The position numbers and the translations under genes are program-made. Source: Spirochaetia bacterium (GTDB lineage: Bacteria; Spirochaetota; Spirochaetia; CAKZLE01). Taken from it: a stretch of 64,000 nt of DNA. A model generated the notes under the pieces. It worked only from the letters and a program-made list of their open reading frames with translations. It was not told the DNA's origin and did no database searches. The stretch spans positions 2,112,001 to 2,176,000 of the forward strand of contig OY782041.1 of assembly GCA_963677595.1 (NCBI GenBank), in the 5' to 3' direction. Below are positions 42,336 through 51,770 of the stretch, one piece after another (the stretch's first letter is position 1; the number at the start of each line of letters is the position of its first letter).

Positions 42336-43169
42336 ATGCACGGTTTACAGGGAGCTGAGCTCGAGGCCCAGAACAAGCGGCTGCAGGAGAGGATGTCACA
42401 GATCAGGTACAAGATCCTGGTCATGAGCGGTAAGGGAGGGGTCGGCAAGACCACGGTATCAGTCAACCTCGCGTTGTCGCTGGCTGCCAAGGGCCACAAG
42501 GTCGGTATCCTCGATACCGATATCCACGGGCCGAACGTGGCGAAGATGCTCGGCGTCCAGGGGGAGAAGATGTATTCCCAGGATGAGCATACCATCGAGC
42601 CATTTGAGGTCAACGAGAACCTCAAGGCTGTCAGTCTCGCCTTTGCTGGGAACGACGATGACACCCCCATCATCTGGAGGGGGCCGCTGAAGATCAGCGT
42701 CATCAAGCAGTTCCTCGCTGACGTGAACTGGGGAGCCCTGGACTACCTGATCATCGACTCCCCGCCGGGTACCGGCGATGAGCCGCTGACCGTCTGCCAG
42801 ATGATCCCGGAGCTCACGGGAAGCATCGTGGTCACGACCCCCCAGGAGGTCGCGATCCTCGATTCACGAAAGAGCATCACCTTCTCACGGCAGATCAAGG
42901 TCGCCCTGCTCGGGATCGTCGAGAATATGAGCGGCTATGTCTGCCCGCACTGCGGCGAGAGAGTGGACATCTTCGGCAAGGGCGGCGGAGAGGCTGCCTG
43001 CAGGGAGATGGATGCACCCTTCCTCGGGAGCATCCCGATCGACCCGGGTCTCATGCAGGCTGAGGACAGGGGTGTCTCCTACGTGAGCACAGCTCCTGAG
43101 AGCGCCTGTGCGATCGCGATCAATGCGATCGTGGACAAGATCGATTCTGCGCTGGCAAGCAGCAAGTAA
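42336..43169 (+). CDS. Mrp/ApbC/NBP35 Fe-S carrier ATPase
   Basis: SGKGGVGKTT, DSPPGTGD and ENMSGYVCPHC motifs. Confidence 0.93.
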   Translation: MHGLQGAELEAQNKRLQERMSQIRYKILVMSGKGGVGKTTVSVNLALSLAAKGHKVGILDTDIHGPNVAKMLGVQGEKMYSQDEHTIEPFEVNENLKAVSLAFAGNDDDTPIIWRGPLKISVIKQFLADVNWGALDYLIIDSPPGTGDEPLTVCQMIPELTGSIVVTTPQEVAILDSRKSITFSRQIKVALLGIVENMSGYVCPHCGERVDIFGKGGGEAACREMDAPFLGSIPIDPGLMQAEDRGVSYVSTAPESACAIAINAIVDKIDSALASSK

Positions 43170-43178
43170 GGACACCCC

Positions 43179-43751
43179 ATGAAACACCTCACATGGAAGA
43201 CGCTGGAACGGAAGAAGCTGCATGACTGCAGGATCTTCGATGTCCTCGAGACGAGCAGCATCACCGAAGACGGGAAGCAGGGTTCCTTCATCCAGGTGGA
43301 TGCACCGGACTGGATCACGGTCATGCCGGTGGTCCGGGACCAGATGGGCCACCCCTGTTTCCTGATGGTCAAGCAGTACCGTCACGGCACCGAGTCGCTG
43401 ACCCTCGAGTTCCCTGCAGGGACGGTGGAGAGGGGGGAGCAGCCGAAGGTAGCTGCCTACCGGGAGCTGCTCGAGGAGACCGGCTGTCGGCCGGCACGGC
43501 TCATCAAGGTCGGTGCCGTCTCCCCGAACCCGGCATTCATGATGAATACTGTAACCTACTACGTTGCTGAGGAGTTGGAATATATACAGGACCAGCAGCT
43601 TGATGAAGATGAGATGATCGACATCGAGCTGGTCCCGATCAATGAAGTGATCCATTCAATGGGTCATGGATACTACAACAACGCGATCATGATGGCGGCT
43701 CTCGCCTTCTACTTAAGATGGAGAGGGCTCGTGCGTGACGTCCGGGAGTAG
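43179..43751 (+). CDS. Nudix hydrolase (ADP-ribose pyrophosphatase-like)
   Basis: EFPAG...AAYRELLEETG Nudix box. Confidence 0.9.
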   Translation: MKHLTWKTLERKKLHDCRIFDVLETSSITEDGKQGSFIQVDAPDWITVMPVVRDQMGHPCFLMVKQYRHGTESLTLEFPAGTVERGEQPKVAAYRELLEETGCRPARLIKVGAVSPNPAFMMNTVTYYVAEELEYIQDQQLDEDEMIDIELVPINEVIHSMGHGYYNNAIMMAALAFYLRWRGLVRDVRE

Positions 43752-43772
43752 TATCCTACAAGGAGTTGTTGC

Positions 43773-44525
43773 GTGCAAACTAAAAGAACAGTATTGACAG
43801 CAGTCTTCCTGCTGTCGCTTGCAGCCCTGCTGCTGACCGGCTGCCTGACGCCGAACGGTAGCCAGGCTGCAGTCAGTGACCTGCCCGTGATCTCGGTGAA
43901 CGGGGTCGGTGTCGTGGAAGCCGAACCGGATGCCGCAAGGGTGACCGTCACGGTCTCTGAACTGCGGGATACCACCGCAGAGGCCCAGGGCGAAGTCAAC
44001 CGGAAGGTAGCCCAGGCGATCGATGCCTGCATCGCTGCCGGCATCGATGAGGAGAAGATCTCCACAGCCTCGATCGACTTCAACGCGGAGTATGACTGGA
44101 CCGATGAGGGACGGGTGCTGAAGGGCCAGCGGGTCAGCCAGACCCTGACCGTCATCGCATCAGGTATCGACGGGGACACCGAACTGCTCTCGAACCTCTT
44201 CGACGGCCTCGGCATGGTCTCGGGGATTGAGATCTCTTCGCTCTCCTTCTTCGTGGAAGATACCCAATCACTCTACCGGGAGGCCAGGGAGCTTGCCTTC
44301 ACCAAGGCAAAGCAGAAGGCAGAGGAGTATGCGCAGTTGGGCGGGGTAACCCTCGGTAAGCCGGTCGCGATCTCCGAGTACTCCTCGGACGCGACCGTGG
44401 CAGAGACCGCTGTGCGGGCAGTGAAGATGGCTGCGGCACCCATGGCGGAGTCCTACCCGACCCAGGTGCCCTCTGGTTCCTACAGCGTGACCCTGACGGT
44501 ACAGGTGCAGTTCCTCATCAACTGA
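43773..44525 (+). CDS. SIMPL/YggE-family lipoprotein
   Basis: Lipobox LTGC; ISVNGVG..EPD, AKQKAEEYA and LGKPVAISE motifs. Confidence 0.85.
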   Translation: MQTKRTVLTAVFLLSLAALLLTGCLTPNGSQAAVSDLPVISVNGVGVVEAEPDAARVTVTVSELRDTTAEAQGEVNRKVAQAIDACIAAGIDEEKISTASIDFNAEYDWTDEGRVLKGQRVSQTLTVIASGIDGDTELLSNLFDGLGMVSGIEISSLSFFVEDTQSLYREARELAFTKAKQKAEEYAQLGGVTLGKPVAISEYSSDATVAETAVRAVKMAAAPMAESYPTQVPSGSYSVTLTVQVQFLIN

Positions 44526-45471
44526 GGACCTTCAGCATGTAGTGGTTCAGGTCATAGGACCCGTACATGAGCTCATAGAGTGCGTGCAGGAGGGGGAAGT
44601 CTTTCGTCAGGTTCTTCTCATGGATGAGTTCCCCCATCAGCCGTATGGTCTTCATCCCCTCGATGACGATCCCGCTCTGCGGGTCGTTGGCGAACCCCTT
44701 GCCGATCAGGAGCCCGAGGGTCCTGTTACGGCTCAGGTCATTGAGGGCGGTGAGCCCGAGATCCCCGATCCCGCAGTAGGAGAAGATCGTCTCGCTCTCG
44801 CATCCGTAGAGCTCAAGGATCTCCTTCATCTCGTTCACGGCCTTCGTCATCATGATGAAGTCCACGTTCGGTGAATTGTACTTCCCGGAGATGATCCCGA
44901 TCGCTATCGCGTACATGTTCTTCAGGATACTCAAGAGCTCAGCCCCCCGCATGTCCGGGGTGTAGTCCGAGATGATGCCCGTCTCGGGCAGCACCTGCGA
45001 GGTCAGCCGCTCGAAGTCCTCCCTGCGGCCGCCGAAGGTGAGGGCGGAGGGGACGCCGTTGAAGACCTCGACAGCGAAGGTCGGCCCCTTCATGACCGCG
45101 ACGTGGTCGAACGGGATCACCTCGGGGAGGAACCTCCCGTCGTTGGCAAAGCCCTTCGCCAAGTTGATCACGACACAGTCGGGCTTGATGATATCCTTGA
45201 TCGAGAGGCAGAACTGTTCGATGACCTTGGACGGGATGGCGAGGAAGAGGTAGTCTGCCCCGCTGCAGCAGGATATATCCATGGTGGCCGTGATATCTCT
45301 CCGGAGATGTCTCCCGGGGAAGTACTTCGTGTTCTGGTGGTGAGAGTTGATATCTTCGATGACATCCTCTTCTATGGTGTAGAGGGTGATACTGTTATCT
45401 GGGTTTGTCGCGAGTCTGTCCGCGAGGGCAGTGCCGAAGACGCCGGCCCCTGCCATGACGATGTTGTTCAT
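44518..45471 (-). CDS. gpsA: NAD(P)H-dependent glycerol-3-phosphate dehydrogenase
   Basis: GAGVFGTA, KGPTFA, LKNMYAI and GIGDLGLT...SRNR motifs. Confidence 0.88.
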   Translation of the reverse strand: MNNIVMAGAGVFGTALADRLATNPDNSITLYTIEEDVIEDINSHHQNTKYFPGRHLRRDITATMDISCCSGADYLFLAIPSKVIEQFCLSIKDIIKPDCVVINLAKGFANDGRFLPEVIPFDHVAVMKGPTFAVEVFNGVPSALTFGGRREDFERLTSQVLPETGIISDYTPDMRGAELLSILKNMYAIAIGIISGKYNSPNVDFIMMTKAVNEMKEILELYGCESETIFSYCGIGDLGLTALNDLSRNRTLGLLIGKGFANDPQSGIVIEGMKTIRLMGELIHEKNLTKDFPLLHALYELMYGSYDLNHYMLKVLS

Positions 45472-45540
45472 ATGCTCCTCCAGTGATGGCAGATGACATA
45501 ATAAACAATATTCGAGAAAATGTCAAAAAAAGAGGAATAG

Positions 45541-46488
45541 TCAGAGACGCAAGGACATACTGATGTGGGGGATGTCTGCCTCCAAGAAGGGTTCCCCTGT
45601 CGGCCTGAACCCGAAGCTGGCGTAGAACTCCTCCAGGTAGCATTGGGCATGCATGGTCACCGAACCAAGGGATCGTTCCTTCGCTTGCTCGAGCGCGGCC
45701 TCTACCAGCCGCTTCCCGAAGCCGTAGCCCTGGAACCGGTCAAGCACGGCAAGCCGTTCGAGCTTCACCGTGCCGGGTTTGGAGGTGTTGAGCCGTACGC
45801 AGCCGGCAGGCTCCTCCCCATAGGAGAGGAGCACATGGTCGAAGATCTCATCCCTGCCGTCCAGGTCGATCTCCACCGGCACATCCTGCCCGATGATGAA
45901 GACCACCCTGCGGATCTCCTGGCAGGCTGCTATGACCTCCTGGTGGCGGGTATCCCCCGGGGTAGAGAGCGTCATCGTGACCTTCGGGGGGAGGTATTCC
46001 ATGGCAACATACTCACGGTCTCCCTCAAGCACGGACCCGAGGAGGGTGAAGCCCCTCCGTGCGTACATATCGATGAGGTGCCGCTCGCTGTCGATGACCT
46101 CGAGCCGGATCGACCGGGTCCCGCGGCGGACCGCATGGCGGAGGGCATGGGCGAAGAGCTGCCTGCCGAGTCCCTGTCCCTGGTAGGCAGGATCGATGCA
46201 CAGCCGCGCGATCTCGAGGCAGCCGTCATCCGGTCCCTGCCACGTGATCTCGCGCAGGGCTCGCTCGTACATGTGAGGTGTCACCGTGACGTTCCCAGCC
46301 AGGGTATCGTCCTGGTAGAGCAGGAAGACCGTCCCTTCGGTGATGTCCTGCAGCAGGAGTTCGGGAAAGGGGTACTCCTCGTTCCAGTTGTTGATGCCCC
46401 GGGTTATCATATCGGCGCGGCAGATGTCGATGGTGTGCATGACAGCCTCGATATCGCCGGGTACTGCGGTCCTGATCGTTGTGTTCAT
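45541..46488 (-). CDS. Tandem GNAT acetyltransferase (C-terminal ElaA/YjcF-like domain)
   Basis: Two motif-A segments (QGQGLG and QGYGFG); FLEADIPH. Start placed at ATG 46488, behind TTGTCC-17-TATACT. Confidence 0.82.
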   Translation of the reverse strand: MNTTIRTAVPGDIEAVMHTIDICRADMITRGINNWNEEYPFPELLLQDITEGTVFLLYQDDTLAGNVTVTPHMYERALREITWQGPDDGCLEIARLCIDPAYQGQGLGRQLFAHALRHAVRRGTRSIRLEVIDSERHLIDMYARRGFTLLGSVLEGDREYVAMEYLPPKVTMTLSTPGDTRHQEVIAACQEIRRVVFIIGQDVPVEIDLDGRDEIFDHVLLSYGEEPAGCVRLNTSKPGTVKLERLAVLDRFQGYGFGKRLVEAALEQAKERSLGSVTMHAQCYLEEFYASFGFRPTGEPFLEADIPHISMSLRL

Positions 46489-46532
46489 GGGGGAAGTATA
46501 GCTGTTTGTCATGGTTCGGACAAGTACGGGAA

Positions 46533-47249
46533 TCAGCTGTTGCCCTTGATCGTCACGGTCCGGGCACAGGGGGCCATCATCTGAGCATAACGATGGAGGA
46601 GGTCGGGGGAGGTCCGCTTCTTCGTCCGCATCTCGGGGTCGGGGAGGTTGTCCCGGGGGACGAAAGGCTGCAGGGTATAGGTATCTGCCCCCTCTATGAG
46701 TTCCATGATGCGCTCCATCTGGTCTGCGGTGTGGAAATCCTCGAGCACGGTCGTGCGGAATTCCGCATGCCCCTCCCATTCTAGGAGGAGGTCCACTGAC
46801 TGCTGGATGTTGTCCGTGCGGTGGTAGGAGACAAAGTCGGGATAGGACTCGAGTGCACACTTGATGTCCATGGCGACGTAGTCGAGGTCCGGCAGCAGCC
46901 CCTTGAGCATCTGCGGGTTCGAGCCGTTGGTGTCGAGCTTGACCTCGAGGTTCTGGTCCTTGAACCAGCGGATCAGCTGCGGGAGGTGTTCGAGCAGGGT
47001 AGGTTCCCCACCGCTGACAGTCACGCCGTTGATCCAGTCCTTGGTCTTGAACCGCTTGACGGTTGCCTTGAGTTCCTCTGCCGAGAGCCCTGCCGTGCGT
47101 TTGCCGAGCAGGGGCGCGTTGTGGCAGTAGCCGCAGCGGAAGTTGCAGCCAGAGGTGAAGTACACTGCCGTGATGTGCCCGGGGTAATCGACCAGTGAGG
47201 GTTTCTGGAGGTAGCCGTAGATCCCGGTCTCGAGCGGGAGTACAGCCAT
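46533..47249 (-). CDS. nrdG: Anaerobic RNR activating radical-SAM enzyme
   Basis: GCNFRCGYCHN, SGGEP and DTNG motifs; in an operon with nrdD. Confidence 0.9.
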   Translation of the reverse strand: MAVLPLETGIYGYLQKPSLVDYPGHITAVYFTSGCNFRCGYCHNAPLLGKRTAGLSAEELKATVKRFKTKDWINGVTVSGGEPTLLEHLPQLIRWFKDQNLEVKLDTNGSNPQMLKGLLPDLDYVAMDIKCALESYPDFVSYHRTDNIQQSVDLLLEWEGHAEFRTTVLEDFHTADQMERIMELIEGADTYTLQPFVPRDNLPDPEMRTKKRTSPDLLHRYAQMMAPCARTVTIKGNS

Positions 47250-47250
47250 C

Positions 47251-47646
47251 TCAGACAGCCTGGGCAGACTCGAGGATGCTCTTCACCATCTTCGGGGTGA
47301 TCGTCCCTGTGGAGGAGTAGTCGGTCTGGACGCCGAGATAGGTATAGAGCTTGAAGCTCCCGCAGACAGCATCCTCCCTGCCCGGCTGGGGGTTCTCGAT
47401 ATATTCATAGAGCCCGGTCTCGGAGGAGTACTTCCTGACCGTCATGGCCGGGATCCTCTGCGGGTTGATGCACTCGGTATTGCAGAACTCGATGAGTCCC
47501 TCCTCGGTCAGTACATCGACATAGGTCTTGGTGAAGGAGGCGAACTCCTCCTTCTTAAGCAGTTTATCTATACGCTGGTTGAGGGCATGGCACTTCTGGC
47601 AGCCCTCCTTGCCGAATACTACGATCTCATATGGATGTTGTGTCAT
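47251..47646 (-). CDS. Thioredoxin/glutaredoxin-like (NrdH-like) CxxC protein
   Basis: VFGKEGCQKC and RIP cis-Pro-like motif; lies between nrdD and nrdG. Confidence 0.75.
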   Translation of the reverse strand: MTQHPYEIVVFGKEGCQKCHALNQRIDKLLKKEEFASFTKTYVDVLTEEGLIEFCNTECINPQRIPAMTVRKYSSETGLYEYIENPQPGREDAVCGSFKLYTYLGVQTDYSSTGTITPKMVKSILESAQAV

Positions 47647-47660
47647 AGCTGTCTCTCTCC

Positions 47661-50360
47661 TTATGCGCCCTTGATCGATACGACTTCTTCGTCTGCGGTC
47701 TCTACCGCGTAGGTCCCTGCCTGCCGTGCCTTCAGTTCCCCATACCGTTTCGACTTGTTCCAGTTCTGAACCCTGCTGAAGTAGCCGACGACCCGGGTCT
47801 CCCCAAAGACATCGGATGATCCGCAGCGTTCACAGCTCTCATGCAAACCCCTGAAGGTATGGTTGCAGGTGTTGCAGTAGGTGAACTCCGGCGAGATGGT
47901 GACCTGTGCGCTCTGGGTCCTGAAGAAGACCTCCTTCATGAGCAGGGCGATCGATTCAGCCGAAGGCTGCTCCTCGCCGACGAACGCATGGGTGATCGCC
48001 CCGGATTCGATGAGGCTGTGGTACTTGCTCTGCTGGGAGATACGCTCCACCAGTGATACCGGGGCATCCGCGGTGAGGTGTACCGAGTTGGTGTAGTAGG
48101 CTGAGTCCTCGTCTCCCTTGACGATCCCCTCTGCCTCCTTCTCGAAGTAGATGAGGTCGGTCTTGGCCAGTCGCCGTGCGGCGCTCTCTGCCGGTGACTC
48201 CTCGAGGCTGAATTTCAGGTTATGCTTGGCAGCGAGCTTCTTGGCCTTCAGGTACATATGGGCGACGATCTGCAGGCCGAGGTCCATCGCCTTCTTCTCC
48301 TCGTGGAGCTCGGTCCCTGTCAGGAAGTTGACGGTGTCGTTGACGCCGATGAGCCCGAGGATGTAGGTGCACTTGTCAAGCTCGACGTAGGGTCGGCCGT
48401 CGCAGGCCGGCTTGCCGATCTGGTAGAGCGGCCGTCCCGGTTCCTTGATCATCTCGGCGATCTTGGCCTTCTTCTCGAGGTGGGCCTGGACTGCCAGGTC
48501 CATGGTGGCATCGAGCTCCGTGAAGAGCCCCTCGAGGTTCTTCTTCCCCTTCCGTGCCGCACGGTATGCAGCCTGGGGGATGTTGATGGTGACGTTCTGG
48601 AAACCGCAGAATCTCATCGATTCCGGGTGTTTCAGCATCCGGTTGTCCTGGATGGTCGTTCGAAGTCTGCAGCAGGCAGAAAGGGTAACCTCATCTCGGT
48701 CAAAGATGAAATAGGTAGAACCGTTCCCGCTCGCCAGTTTGCAGGCTTCCATGTAGATGGCATACTGGGCCGGATCGGTGAAGGTTTCGTCGCTGATGTG
48801 GAAGTCGCACTTCGGGAACTCGAAGACACGCCCGTTGCGGTCTCCCTCACCCCAGACCTCAAGCAGTGCCGAAGCAAAGTCGCGAGTCTCTCTGGTATAG
48901 TCGCCGTAGGTGACGATCCTCCATCCCTTCTCTCCCAGGTACGTCTCGATCTCTTCATCATACACGATCCCGTTCTCGCTGTCCGCGAGTTCTCTCAGGA
49001 CGACATGCTCCATACCGCTCTCGTCGGTGTAGAGTAGATCCATGAGCCGGTTCCCGGCCGGGTCGAGGTCTTCCCTGAGCACCTCTACCAGTTCGACCTT
49101 CTCATCGGCTATCCACATCATGTAGGTACCGCCGGGGCCGATGGCCGGGACGGTCTGCATGTACTTGGGAACACCAGTGTGGATATTGAAGTCGAGGAAG
49201 AGCGTCTGTCCTCCCCGTGAGAATGCGTTCTGGGAACCGTTGAAGATCATCTCCTGCGCAATCTGCTTGAGATGGGTCCGGTCCATCCCCTCGAGGAAGG
49301 GTGCATAGAGGATGTTGATGTAGGCGATCCCGAGGGCACCGGCATAGTTCGCCTGCATGCTCGCCAGGAAGGTGTTGAGGTGGCCGGTGAGGACGCTTGC
49401 GCTCCTCGCGGGCTTCGATTCGGTATTGAGGTTGCTCAGGCCCTGGAGCCCGTACTTCTTGATATACTCGATGGAGTGGGAGGAGCAGTAGACCCGGTGG
49501 GGGTAGCCGAGGTCGTGGAGGTGGATCGCCCCGGTATCATGGGCTCGCTTGATCTCAGGGGAGAAGATGGTGTCAAGGCCCCACTGCTTGAGGACCAGTT
49601 CAGCCAGCCCAAGGTTGACCGCCTCCGGGTTGTTGTTCACGATATTGCTGTTCTCGGTAGGCTTGGTGTACATGAGCTGTTCAACGAACTTCTTCGGGAC
49701 CCGGTAGATCGAGAGGTCCTGGAGCTGCTCTGAATGGTTCCGGTCTGAGAGTACGTTGTTCACCAGCTCCCTGATCAGGGCGGTGTTCAGGGTCTTGATC
49801 GAGCTCTTGATGACCATGTTCTCGACCTCTTTGGCCACACTGCCGGCAAAGTTGACCGAGAGATCGGTCTCCTCGACGATCTGCCGCACGATCTCCTTCC
49901 GGTCCCAGGGCCTGGTGATGTTCCCCGAGGTGGACTCTACGAGGAGGAGGCCTGCATCGGTGACGTCCATCGCCGACTCAGCATCCTCGCTCCTGACGCG
50001 GATCTCCTTTCGGGCGAGGTCACGCTGCTTCCGGTAGCGCTTGTAGGCGGTGAAGACGAGGGGGAGGTTCTCCTCTGCCAGCACGATCTCCACGAGGTCC
50101 TGGACATCCTCGATATGTGGTACCCGCAGTCTCTTGGCATTCTCCCGTACATAGTACTCGGAGGAGGGGGAGTTGAGCTGGATGAGCACCTGCTCGGTAA
50201 GCTCGGAAGCCCTTCTGGTATCGATGCCAGGATCATCTCCAGCACGCTTCACGGCAGCCGCTGCATTGAGGATCGCCTGTTCGATCTTATCTCTGCTGAA
50301 TGGGACGATGTCCCCGCTGCGTTTCTTGAATCCGTCAAACTGAAGTATCTGGTCGAGCAT
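47661..50360 (-). CDS. nrdD: Class III anaerobic ribonucleoside-triphosphate reductase with N-terminal ATP-cone domains
   Basis: Two cone-like segments (KKRSGDIVPFSRDKI and ESTSGNITRPWDRKEI), IHLHDL, SACCRL, ESPAES, CxxC...CxxC and glycyl loop TRVVGYF. Confidence 0.93.
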   Translation of the reverse strand: MLDQILQFDGFKKRSGDIVPFSRDKIEQAILNAAAAVKRAGDDPGIDTRRASELTEQVLIQLNSPSSEYYVRENAKRLRVPHIEDVQDLVEIVLAEENLPLVFTAYKRYRKQRDLARKEIRVRSEDAESAMDVTDAGLLLVESTSGNITRPWDRKEIVRQIVEETDLSVNFAGSVAKEVENMVIKSSIKTLNTALIRELVNNVLSDRNHSEQLQDLSIYRVPKKFVEQLMYTKPTENSNIVNNNPEAVNLGLAELVLKQWGLDTIFSPEIKRAHDTGAIHLHDLGYPHRVYCSSHSIEYIKKYGLQGLSNLNTESKPARSASVLTGHLNTFLASMQANYAGALGIAYINILYAPFLEGMDRTHLKQIAQEMIFNGSQNAFSRGGQTLFLDFNIHTGVPKYMQTVPAIGPGGTYMMWIADEKVELVEVLREDLDPAGNRLMDLLYTDESGMEHVVLRELADSENGIVYDEEIETYLGEKGWRIVTYGDYTRETRDFASALLEVWGEGDRNGRVFEFPKCDFHISDETFTDPAQYAIYMEACKLASGNGSTYFIFDRDEVTLSACCRLRTTIQDNRMLKHPESMRFCGFQNVTINIPQAAYRAARKGKKNLEGLFTELDATMDLAVQAHLEKKAKIAEMIKEPGRPLYQIGKPACDGRPYVELDKCTYILGLIGVNDTVNFLTGTELHEEKKAMDLGLQIVAHMYLKAKKLAAKHNLKFSLEESPAESAARRLAKTDLIYFEKEAEGIVKGDEDSAYYTNSVHLTADAPVSLVERISQQSKYHSLIESGAITHAFVGEEQPSAESIALLMKEVFFRTQSAQVTISPEFTYCNTCNHTFRGLHESCERCGSSDVFGETRVVGYFSRVQNWNKSKRYGELKARQAGTYAVETADEEVVSIKGA

Positions 50361-50537
50361 GTATTCCCCCTGTTGTGAGCACTCAATGAAACCCCGGTAG
50401 TGTTGGGCTCTACCGGATAAGATGAGTCACAGTATGTTTGCATATAATTTGATGAATATCGGTACTATGCTGGTGCCGGTACCGATTCCCCACACGTCTG
50501 ATCAGCTACATCCCTTACGTCCTGAACCAAACTATAT

Positions 50538-50583
50538 ACACTATATCTTGTGTATGCAGTCCAAGTCAATCTAAATGTAGTGT
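50538..50583. promoter_or_regulatory. Tandem NrdR boxes over the nrdD promoter
   Basis: ACACTATATCTTGTGT (50538-50553) and AATCTAAATGTAGTGT (50568-50583), 30 nt start-to-start; overlapping minus-strand TTGACT-18-TATAGT. Confidence 0.85.
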
Positions 50584-50611
50584 TTTTTTCTCATGTTGTG
50601 GGATCTTCCCC

Positions 50612-51511
50612 CTAGAGGTCATCCCCGGGGGCAGAAGGTGCTCTGACTGCCCTCAGGCTGTTGGTCCAGGTGATGGCGGAGACCGGGCAGACCCCTTTGC
50701 AGGTACCGCACCTGATGCACTCAGGACTGCTGAGTTCGCTGACGGGGTCGAGACCCATCGGGCAGGAGGTCTGGCACTTCCCGCAGGAGATGCAGGTTGA
50801 ACTCTCGACCTCGAGGCGGAAGACCGCGATCCGGTTCCCGAGGCTGTAGGCTGCCCCGAGCGGGCAGGCGAACTTGCAGAACGGGCGGTTCTCGAAGAGG
50901 GAGAGGACGATGAACCCGGCAGCGATCACGGCCTTCCATATGAACTGCCAGCCGAGGATCTCCCTGAGTCCCTCGGCTGAGAGCAGCAGCGGGAGGGCTG
51001 CCTCCACGGTACCTGCGGGGCAGACGTAGGCGCAGAACCAGGTGGTCCCGAGACCGACATCGCTCCTGATGAGAGCCGGCAGGAGGAAGACGAAGAGGAT
51101 GAGGATGAGGTACTTGAGCAGCCGCAGCCTGGTCTTGGGGACCGGGGTCCCCGAGGCGGTCTTCGTATGGGAGAACTTCCTCACCGGGATCCGATAGAGA
51201 CTCTCCTGGATCAGCCCGAAGGGGCAGAGCCAACCGCAGGTCAGCCGGCCGGTCAGGGTCGCTGCCATCGTGAGAAAGCCCACGACATAGAGGGATACCC
51301 GCTGGCCGAAGCCTGCTAGGGTCGTCTGGATCGCCCCGATGGGGCAGGAGAAGAGAGCTCCGGGACAGGAGTAGCAGTTCAGCCCCGGGACACAGATATG
51401 CTTGGCTCCACCGCGGTAGATCCTGCCGGTGAAGAACCCCTTCAGGTAGCTGTTGGTAGCCAGGGTGAAGAGCAGCTGGACATGCAGCCTCTTGAACCAT
51501 CTGAACTTCAT
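50612..51511 (-). CDS. Membrane 4Fe-4S binding protein (NapH/MauN-like polyferredoxin)
   Basis: CVPGLNCYSCP, CGWLCPFG, CAYVCPAG and CKFACPLG motifs; two CxxCxxCxxxCP. Confidence 0.88.
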   Translation of the reverse strand: MKFRWFKRLHVQLLFTLATNSYLKGFFTGRIYRGGAKHICVPGLNCYSCPGALFSCPIGAIQTTLAGFGQRVSLYVVGFLTMAATLTGRLTCGWLCPFGLIQESLYRIPVRKFSHTKTASGTPVPKTRLRLLKYLILILFVFLLPALIRSDVGLGTTWFCAYVCPAGTVEAALPLLLSAEGLREILGWQFIWKAVIAAGFIVLSLFENRPFCKFACPLGAAYSLGNRIAVFRLEVESSTCISCGKCQTSCPMGLDPVSELSSPECIRCGTCKGVCPVSAITWTNSLRAVRAPSAPGDDL

Positions 51512-51513
51512 GG

Positions 51514-51663
51514 CTAGCCGATCCCTATGCAGGAGAGGCAGATCGTGATGCCCTTCTGGTAGATCTCGGCAGCTTCCCCGCGGAAGACGCCGATACCGAT
51601 CGCCGTGACCGATGCCGCAAGGAGGGAGATGATCAGGATCCTGTATCTGGTGCTGCTTCTCAT
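51514..51663 (-). CDS. Small single-TM CXXC protein (CD1871A-like), 49 aa
   Basis: MRSSTRYRIL...GVFRGE...KGITICLSCIGIG; ends 2 nt before the polyferredoxin start. Confidence 0.8.
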   Translation of the reverse strand: MRSSTRYRILIISLLAASVTAIGIGVFRGEAAEIYQKGITICLSCIGIG

Positions 51664-51770
51664 CCCTCTATAGTACGGTAGATCGGCATGGCTGTAAACA
51701 GGAACCGTTACGCCCTCCCCCGGCCTTTCTCGTTGTTCCCTCACTCCCCATTCTGTAGTATAGTGCTCTC

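Noticed and set aside
50361-50535. Cobalamin riboswitch upstream of nrdD
   Set aside because: The conserved elements (GGTG..AAnTCC, CCCGCnACTGT, GGGAAG, AGnCAG.AnACC) are not identifiable; kept only as a structured leader.
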